A stretch of 64,000 bases of DNA, taken from the NCBI GenBank assembly GCA_963699155.1, contig OY969414.1, positions 1,323,757-1,387,756 of the forward strand, given 5' to 3'. This DNA comes from an uncultured Chlamydiales bacterium. GTDB lineage: Bacteria > Chlamydiota > Chlamydiia > Chlamydiales > JAAKFR01. This document shows, piece after piece, positions 58,066-64,000 of the stretch. Below the pieces are notes generated by a model. That model was not told the DNA's origin, ran no database searches, and saw only the letters and a list, made by a program, of their open reading frames with translations. The stretch's first letter is position 1, and the number at the start of each line of letters is the position of its first letter. The translations under genes and the position numbers were made by a program.

Positions 58066-59205
58066 ATGAGAAGGTATTGCCAGACAAATATTTTAGAAGA
58101 CCTTCGAAAAAAGATGGTCTTCATTGGTGGTCCGAGAGAGGTCGGAAAAACCACTCTAGCTAAACAGCTTCTCGATGAGTGGCCTAGGGGTGAGTATTTT
58201 AACTGGGAAGTCGATGAGGATCGAAGAGCTCTACTCCAAAAGGAGTGGAAAAGCCAAAGTCCTCTCATTGTCTTTGATGAAATTCATAAATATCCTTATT
58301 GGAAAAGATGGGTGAAGGGGGTTTGGGATTCGAGGCCGAAGGGACAAACCTATCTCGTCACAGGGTCGGCTAGGCTTGATATCCATAGAAGAGGGGGCGA
58401 CTCATTGATGGGTCGCTATCACTATTGGCGCCTCCATCCGCTCACCTTGGATGAGCTGCCTGAAGGGATGACGAGCGAAGAGGGCTACTCTAGGTTATTG
58501 AAATTTGGTGGTTTTCCGGAACCCTTCTTCGCGGCAGATGAGCGGGAAGCGCGGCGATGGCGGAGAGAGCGGTTCGATCGCATCATTAAAGAGGACATCC
58601 GCGATCTAGAATCGATCCGAAACTTAGGTCTACTCGAGCTTTTTGTCGATTCCTTACGTGCCCGAACAGGTGGATTGATCACCCTCTCTAATATTGCCTC
58701 AGACTTACAAATTTCTCCCAAGACAGCCTCCGCATGGTTAAAGGCTATCGAAAAAATGTATCTCTGCTTTGCCATTTATCCTTATACAAAAAACCTTCCA
58801 CGAAGCATCCAGAAGCCTCCCAAAGTCTACTTTTTTGATAATGGCGATTGTCTAGGGGAACGTTTAGAAAATCTCGTGGCTACCCATCTCTTAAAAAGGC
58901 TTCATTATATCGAAGATTACTATGGCCATCGTTGCCAGCTCTGTTACATCAGAGATAAGGATGGTCGAGAGGTCGACTTTGTGACGGTGATCGATGGTAA
59001 AGTCTGCGATCTGATCGAGGTTAAAGCTGCCGACGGCAACATCTCGACCAGCTTAAGATACTACACTAAACTGCTCAAACCAAAGCGTGCCATCCAAATT
59101 GTAGGCCAACTCGATCGTACCTTTGATCACGACAACATCCAAGTCACAACTCCCATTGAATTCTTCACTGACCCCCCTTGGAAGTCAACCCCTTCTCCTC
59201 AATGA
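58066..59205 (+). CDS. AAA_14 ATPase with DUF4143 domain
   Basis: GPREVGKT, FDEIHK, TGSA, GGFPE, KVYFFD and EVDF...IEVK motifs. Confidence 0.9.
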   Translation: MRRYCQTNILEDLRKKMVFIGGPREVGKTTLAKQLLDEWPRGEYFNWEVDEDRRALLQKEWKSQSPLIVFDEIHKYPYWKRWVKGVWDSRPKGQTYLVTGSARLDIHRRGGDSLMGRYHYWRLHPLTLDELPEGMTSEEGYSRLLKFGGFPEPFFAADEREARRWRRERFDRIIKEDIRDLESIRNLGLLELFVDSLRARTGGLITLSNIASDLQISPKTASAWLKAIEKMYLCFAIYPYTKNLPRSIQKPPKVYFFDNGDCLGERLENLVATHLLKRLHYIEDYYGHRCQLCYIRDKDGREVDFVTVIDGKVCDLIEVKAADGNISTSLRYYTKLLKPKRAIQIVGQLDRTFDHDNIQVTTPIEFFTDPPWKSTPSPQ

Positions 59206-60997
59206 ATGGCGGGTAGCCTCCCTCAGTGAGGATCTGGTGTGTGAGGGTTTTACATTCCCCAATGAACGCTTGCTGAGCTGCTATTGGATCTGGGGAAGTA
59301 TCGCGTCTTTCCATCATTTGTTGGTAATCTACACGATTGACAAGAGCCTTTTGCCAGGTAGCGTCTTGGGCGAGATAGTCGCAGTAGGCATCAAGGTTGG
59401 AAAGGCCTTCTCTGACAATTCCTTCTGCTCTTTGCAAATCAGCCTCTGAGACTGAGCTACATCTAAAGTAAAGCATCGTATCGAGAGCAATAGGGAGCTG
59501 CAGTTTTGCTTTCAGCATGATCGGATAAGCCAGATAGACCTCGATCTCATCAACGAAACGAAGTGTCTTAGCTTTGTTTCCTGCAATTTTTTCTAGCTCA
59601 CTGAGTGCCCAGCTGCCATGTCCCAGTAAATAGGCCAGTCGTTTTAAATCTTGAGCTTTCAGAGCTTTTGAAATTTCATAGAGCAAATCAACATAGAGAA
59701 GAGAAAGCGCCATCCTGTCGCCACAGGTCTCTGTCGCCCCCTGAATACAGCTGAGAAAGGCCTCTCTATATTCTGCATCATTCTCCGCATAAGCAATGGC
59801 CTCATAGATCTTTGTAGCCAACTCTTTCCGTTTATTTTTGTAATCGCCAATTGCAGAAAGCCTAGAGAGCCATAGGCGAACACTTTCAAGTTTCAATTGG
59901 GTCAAACGGAGAGGCTCTTTCCCAACAGCTTGAGACAACTCTCGAAGTAGCTCATCCAAAGAACGCTCAACAGTCGCTCGCTCTTCGAACACCGAATAGT
60001 GAATAGTAGGACCTTGATATCCAGGTGCGCTTGTGATCTCTCGAAGATTATCGATAATACGTTGTGAGAGAGGATTATTTTCTAGATGAATGATTGCTTC
60101 TCTTGGAAGAGACAGAATCTCCTCTGGCAAAGAGGTGAGTCGATTTTCTTCAAGGGTTAACGATCGTAATTTTTGGAGTTGTCCAATTTGAGGTGGCAAA
60201 GAGGTGAGTCGATTGCTAGTAAGAGATAACGTTCGTAATCGTTGGAGTTGTCCAATTTCAGATGGCAAAGAGGTGAGTCGATTTTCAAACAGCGCTAACG
60301 TTTCTAACTGTTGTAGTTGTCCAATTTGAGGTGGCAAAGAGGTGAGCAGAAGAAAATGAAGGTCTAACACTTCTAATTGCTTTAGTTGCCATATTTGAGA
60401 TGGAAAAGGGGGCGGCCTGAGATTAGCCAATTTTTCTAAGGTATTAGTATCTTCAAAGCATTGTCGAATTTCCTCGGCAACCTTTTTCCGAGCTTCCTTG
60501 ACCCATGCTTCTAGGCCTGATTTCTGCCGATCATACTCTGATTGGGATTCTGTGGGATGTGGCTGCGGGGGAGAGGTTGGCGAAGGTTCAGGAGCTGCCT
60601 TAGGGGTTGATAGAGGGAGGGAGGCGGGAGCCTCTCGCACTTCCGTGGGTGCGGCATGGGCTTCTGTTTGTCTTGGTTCTGATTGTGGGGGAGGAATTGG
60701 AGGAGGCTCTGGCTTGGGCTGAGTGGTGGTGGGGCGTTTGATGATAGCGGTGGTAAGGCAGGCGGCGGAAGTGGTACCACCGGCTACGAACAGGATGATA
60801 GAGGGGATTTTAGTGAGGGATGAAAGGAGCGGGAAAGACCACCAGTGATGATTGATCCCTAAGCCACCGAGGCCGGCTCCAGCGGTGACAAAGCCACCCA
60901 CTGTGAGAATGATCAAGATGGCAAAGAGCCATCTGTTTTGATGGAGGGTTGAGGGGAGATTTTGTTCAGATCTTATTGATGAAACAGGGTTTAACAT
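59165..60997 (-). CDS. LRR + NEL (IpaH/SspH-type) E3 ubiquitin ligase with N-terminal Inc-like anchor
   Basis: Two TM segments; Pro-rich linker; 23-aa LRRs (LTSLPPQIGQL); WLSRL, catalytic-type TCGDR and DEIEVYLAY. Confidence 0.9.
   Translation of the reverse strand: MLNPVSSIRSEQNLPSTLHQNRWLFAILIILTVGGFVTAGAGLGGLGINHHWWSFPLLSSLTKIPSIILFVAGGTTSAACLTTAIIKRPTTTQPKPEPPPIPPPQSEPRQTEAHAAPTEVREAPASLPLSTPKAAPEPSPTSPPQPHPTESQSEYDRQKSGLEAWVKEARKKVAEEIRQCFEDTNTLEKLANLRPPPFPSQIWQLKQLEVLDLHFLLLTSLPPQIGQLQQLETLALFENRLTSLPSEIGQLQRLRTLSLTSNRLTSLPPQIGQLQKLRSLTLEENRLTSLPEEILSLPREAIIHLENNPLSQRIIDNLREITSAPGYQGPTIHYSVFEERATVERSLDELLRELSQAVGKEPLRLTQLKLESVRLWLSRLSAIGDYKNKRKELATKIYEAIAYAENDAEYREAFLSCIQGATETCGDRMALSLLYVDLLYEISKALKAQDLKRLAYLLGHGSWALSELEKIAGNKAKTLRFVDEIEVYLAYPIMLKAKLQLPIALDTMLYFRCSSVSEADLQRAEGIVREGLSNLDAYCDYLAQDATWQKALVNRVDYQQMMERRDTSPDPIAAQQAFIGECKTLTHQILTEGGYPPFIEEKGLTSKGGQ
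60120..60350 (-). repeat. 69-bp tandem repeats encoding LRRs
   Basis: tggcaaagaggtgag recurs at a 69-bp period, four copies. Confidence 0.85.
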
Positions 60998-61032
60998 GGA
61001 AATTAGTATACCAGAAAAATGTAAAAAAATTA

Positions 61033-62283
61033 TTAATTTTTGATGGTGAGGAGGTCGGACCAGCGGGTGGTGAAGCAGGCGGAGCGCATGTTGCTCTTCT
61101 TCTTCCAGGGGCGGGTGGTGCCTTCGGAGGCGAACTGGAGGACCTCGTAGCCGAAGGTCTGGTTGGCGCGGTCGAGGAGGGCCATGGCGGTTTTTCGTTT
61201 GGTAGCGAGGGTGGTGTTCTGGGGGATGAAGAGGTCGGGCTGGTAGGTGTGGGCGGGGACGAGGCCGCCGAGGAGGATGCCAGCCTTCTTGTAGGTGGCG
61301 TTTTCGCGGTAGATGGAGCGAAGGCCCTGAGTGGCATAGTCGAGGAGGGTGGGGGTGTAGTCGGTGGGCTCGGGGAGGACGCTGTGGGCATAGTTTCCGG
61401 GCTCGTGGACACCTGTATAGGTGAAGACTTGGAGCCAGCTGGCGAGTTGCTCCTCTTCACGGAGCTTCTCACCACCGCGAGCAGCGTAGGTGCAGACGGC
61501 TTCGATCAGTTCGTCGAGAGAGGTGACGGGGCGGCCGAAGGAGCGGGAGGTCATGATGGACTGCTTCGCCGGAGCGACCTCTTCGAGATCTAGACAGGGT
61601 TTTCCCTGAAGCTCCCAGACGGTGCGGAGGGCGACAACGTTGAGCTGCTGTCTGACCCAATGGTCGGGGAGATCGCGCAGCTGTCCGGCAGTGTGGATGC
61701 CCTTTTTGGCTAAGAAGGTGGCAAGTCTGCGTCCAATGCCCCAGATCTCACTCGTCTCCAGTTTGTCTAAAAGCGCGTTGAGCTCACCGGTCGTAGGAAA
61801 GAAGACGCCGTTGTACATGGGATTTTTTTTAGCCGTATGGTTGGCCACTTTGGCGAGCGTTTTGGTGGTGGCGATGCCGATCGAAACGGGGATGCCAGTC
61901 CATTTGAGAACAGTTTCTCTGAGATGGCGGCAATGGGAGAGAGGATCGCCCTCTGAGACATGCAGGAAGGCCTCATCGATCGAATAGATCTCCATGTCGG
62001 GGTTGAAATGGGAGAGGGTCTGCATGACGCGGTGAGAGAGGTCGCCATAGAGGGCAAAGTTGGAGGAGCAGACGGCGACATCGTGCGCCTTGAAAAAGTC
62101 GGCCCACTGGAAGTAGGGCGCTCCCATCGGCACTCCCATCGCTTTCACCTCGGCCGACCTGGCCACGATGCATCCATCGTTATTGGAAAGGACCACGGTG
62201 GGACGGCCGATCAATTTGGGGTTGAAGAGCCGCTCACAAGAGACAAAAAAGTTATTACAATCCACTAAGGCGATGTATGGCAT
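61033..62283 (-). CDS. umuC: Y-family DNA polymerase V catalytic subunit
   Basis: DCNNFFVSCER, VLSNNDGC, YSIDEAF, TKTLAK.AN and SRSFG motifs; C-terminal S..FTTRW. Confidence 0.93.
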   Translation of the reverse strand: MPYIALVDCNNFFVSCERLFNPKLIGRPTVVLSNNDGCIVARSAEVKAMGVPMGAPYFQWADFFKAHDVAVCSSNFALYGDLSHRVMQTLSHFNPDMEIYSIDEAFLHVSEGDPLSHCRHLRETVLKWTGIPVSIGIATTKTLAKVANHTAKKNPMYNGVFFPTTGELNALLDKLETSEIWGIGRRLATFLAKKGIHTAGQLRDLPDHWVRQQLNVVALRTVWELQGKPCLDLEEVAPAKQSIMTSRSFGRPVTSLDELIEAVCTYAARGGEKLREEEQLASWLQVFTYTGVHEPGNYAHSVLPEPTDYTPTLLDYATQGLRSIYRENATYKKAGILLGGLVPAHTYQPDLFIPQNTTLATKRKTAMALLDRANQTFGYEVLQFASEGTTRPWKKKSNMRSACFTTRWSDLLTIKN

Positions 62284-64000
62284 TGAGAGGCTGAGAAGTT
62301 GCTATGTAGTGTTCTTTATCATCCCATTCACTCGCTTCCAGATGCATATAGCCTATGGCTGCAGCAGATGTTCCACCTGGCTGATCATCATTGGCATAAT
62401 AGATCCAGTTGTCCTCTACTTGAATCGCAATCCCTCCTTTACGGTGGAGAAAGTCCTCAGTGAGATCTGAAGCATGCAAAGCAGAGAGGGGCTGATGGGT
62501 GAAGGGGATGGGGAATCCGAGGAATGTCTTGGGATTTTGTTCCACTTTTAGAATGCGGACTGCGAGGCAGGCACTTTTTACAAGATCATCCTTATCTCGG
62601 AAATAGCCATTCAACAAAGCAGCCACGATGCGGAGGACAGAGCATTGAGCAAACATCTCAGCCCCCTCAGGAGTCAAAAGAGCAACCTGCTCTTCATACA
62701 TGCGAGAGAGGCGTTCTACAATGTCTCGAGCGATCATCGTTAAGGAGATGGGATCGAGCCCTCGAAAAGCCGCTTTGGTATTGTGGATTTTTTTCTCATC
62801 AACATGTTCTTGAATGAGCTCAATCCCTCCTTTGAGAATCGCTTTAATTACGGGGAGAGGGATCAGTTCGAAAGCCTCCTTAAACAGCTCGACAATCTTA
62901 GAATGAGGAATCTTTTCTGCAATATGAGAAATTACTTCTGAAATAGGTTCCAGAGCGGGTTCAAGAAGGCCCATCATCTCTACAGCTCGATCGCCGACAC
63001 CTTTTTCACCTCTATTGGCAGCGCGTGTCGCCTCTCCGCGAGATCTTTGGAGTAGTTTGAGGGGGCTTTGTTGTAAAAAGAGGACAACTAGGGCGCTCGA
63101 GAGTTGGGTGAGCAACGTGTCGTGGTATACCTGTTGACTGATTTGCCCACTGCCGTCGCTGGAAAGGACCCTCTCTATTTTGGGAAATTTTTCCAGTACT
63201 TCGCGAAATGAGGAGGGAAAATGGTCGACTTCTGCCCAAAAGGCGCCTTCCACTCCATGAAAGAGGGCGGCTATTTCAAAGGGGTTATCGCAGAAAGAGG
63301 CCCACTGCTTGAGATCTTGATGCAGTTCTTTATCTTTCCATTCATAAGTGAAGACTTTTTGTCCAAAGAGCTCAAACATCTCTCTCGATTGATCTCGCTC
63401 TCTCAACTGATCGGCTGTTTGGAATCCGAGATCTTGGACAAAGGGATCGGGAGTATCTTGTACCAACAAGGAATGGGTGGATTCTTCCCATCGATAGGTC
63501 GCTGACCAGTGAAGGGGAAGTCTGCCCCAACCATCAGGTTGATCGACAGGGTAGCCTGCGGCTCTCAAGTCATATACTAGAGCTGTCTTGTTATGGCGAC
63601 AGGCCACATTCAGTAGCGCTGAGGATTGAAGGAAAGCAGGTTTTTTTTCTAGAGGTTTAATCTCGGCTTCATAAAATTCGACGGCTCTCTTTTCCCGAAA
63701 GGCTTGTGTAAAAAGAGGAGAGGGGTCAGCAAGTTCTTGTGCTTTGATCACCCTTTCGCTCCATAAAAAGCGTAAGAAAGGCCATAGCTTTAGCTCCTCT
63801 GCCAACTTAATCGCTGTTTTACCATTCCCATCAGGGAGGCGCACATTGGCTCCATGCCGTACAAGTAACAAAGCGCAAGGGATCGATAGCGCCTCAAGAG
63901 CTAAGTGAAGAGGGGCTTTTTGATCTGTTCGCTGTGCATTGACTGCCTTTTTGAATGTCCAGGAATATAATTTTTGAGAGAAATGGCCCAGCAGGCTTCT
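62255..64000 (-). CDS. Ankyrin-repeat protein (5' end lies outside the window)
   Basis: GANV...D..GKTAI.LA, LLNVACR and D.WGRLPLHW; the frame appears open to the window edge with a further APLHLA. Confidence 0.75.
   Translation of the reverse strand, partial: RSLLGHFSQKLYSWTFKKAVNAQRTDQKAPLHLALEALSIPCALLLVRHGANVRLPDGNGKTAIKLAEELKLWPFLRFLWSERVIKAQELADPSPLFTQAFREKRAVEFYEAEIKPLEKKPAFLQSSALLNVACRHNKTALVYDLRAAGYPVDQPDGWGRLPLHWSATYRWEESTHSLLVQDTPDPFVQDLGFQTADQLRERDQSREMFELFGQKVFTYEWKDKELHQDLKQWASFCDNPFEIAALFHGVEGAFWAEVDHFPSSFREVLEKFPKIERVLSSDGSGQISQQVYHDTLLTQLSSALVVLFLQQSPLKLLQRSRGEATRAANRGEKGVGDRAVEMMGLLEPALEPISEVISHIAEKIPHSKIVELFKEAFELIPLPVIKAILKGGIELIQEHVDEKKIHNTKAAFRGLDPISLTMIARDIVERLSRMYEEQVALLTPEGAEMFAQCSVLRIVAALLNGYFRDKDDLVKSACLAVRILKVEQNPKTFLGFPIPFTHQPLSALHASDLTEDFLHRKGGIAIQVEDNWIYYANDDQPGGTSAAAIGYMHLEASEWDDKEHYIATSQPLNAIHRLSGL

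Noticed and set aside
60949..61593. 214-aa plus-strand ORF and the overlapping Pro/Ser-rich minus-strand ORF
   Set aside because: Shadow frames of the GC-rich umuC gene.

Overview
This window reads as chromosome from an environmental member of the Chlamydiae. The evidence is the gene order ssrA...ileS-lepB-(CT021-like)-rpmE2-prfA-prmC-ffh-rpsP-trmD-rplS-rnhB-yicC-gmk-(rpoZ-like)-metG-recD2, the large chlamydial-type LepB, and many candidate Inc/T3SS effectors. Accessory material is interleaved: an IS3-like element with a 14-bp target duplication that is itself interrupted by an intact IS21 element, Fic/DUF1016/AAA-DUF4143/mobile-mystery genes, and several MITE- or REP-like elements. Candidate host-directed proteins include a four-member F-box family, an Inc-anchored LRR-NEL E3 ligase, an Inc-anchored macrodomain, a GCKR-like protein, a sacsin/NOV-like giant protein and an ankyrin protein. 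The most unusual signal is two dispersed orphan RiPP/bacteriocin-like precursors. Each has a tandem-duplicated nitrile-hydratase-like (NHLP) leader, a double-glycine site and a Cys-free amphipathic core. The tmRNA also appears to encode an unusually long 33-codon tag. All calls come from motif recognition by eye; no database search was run.
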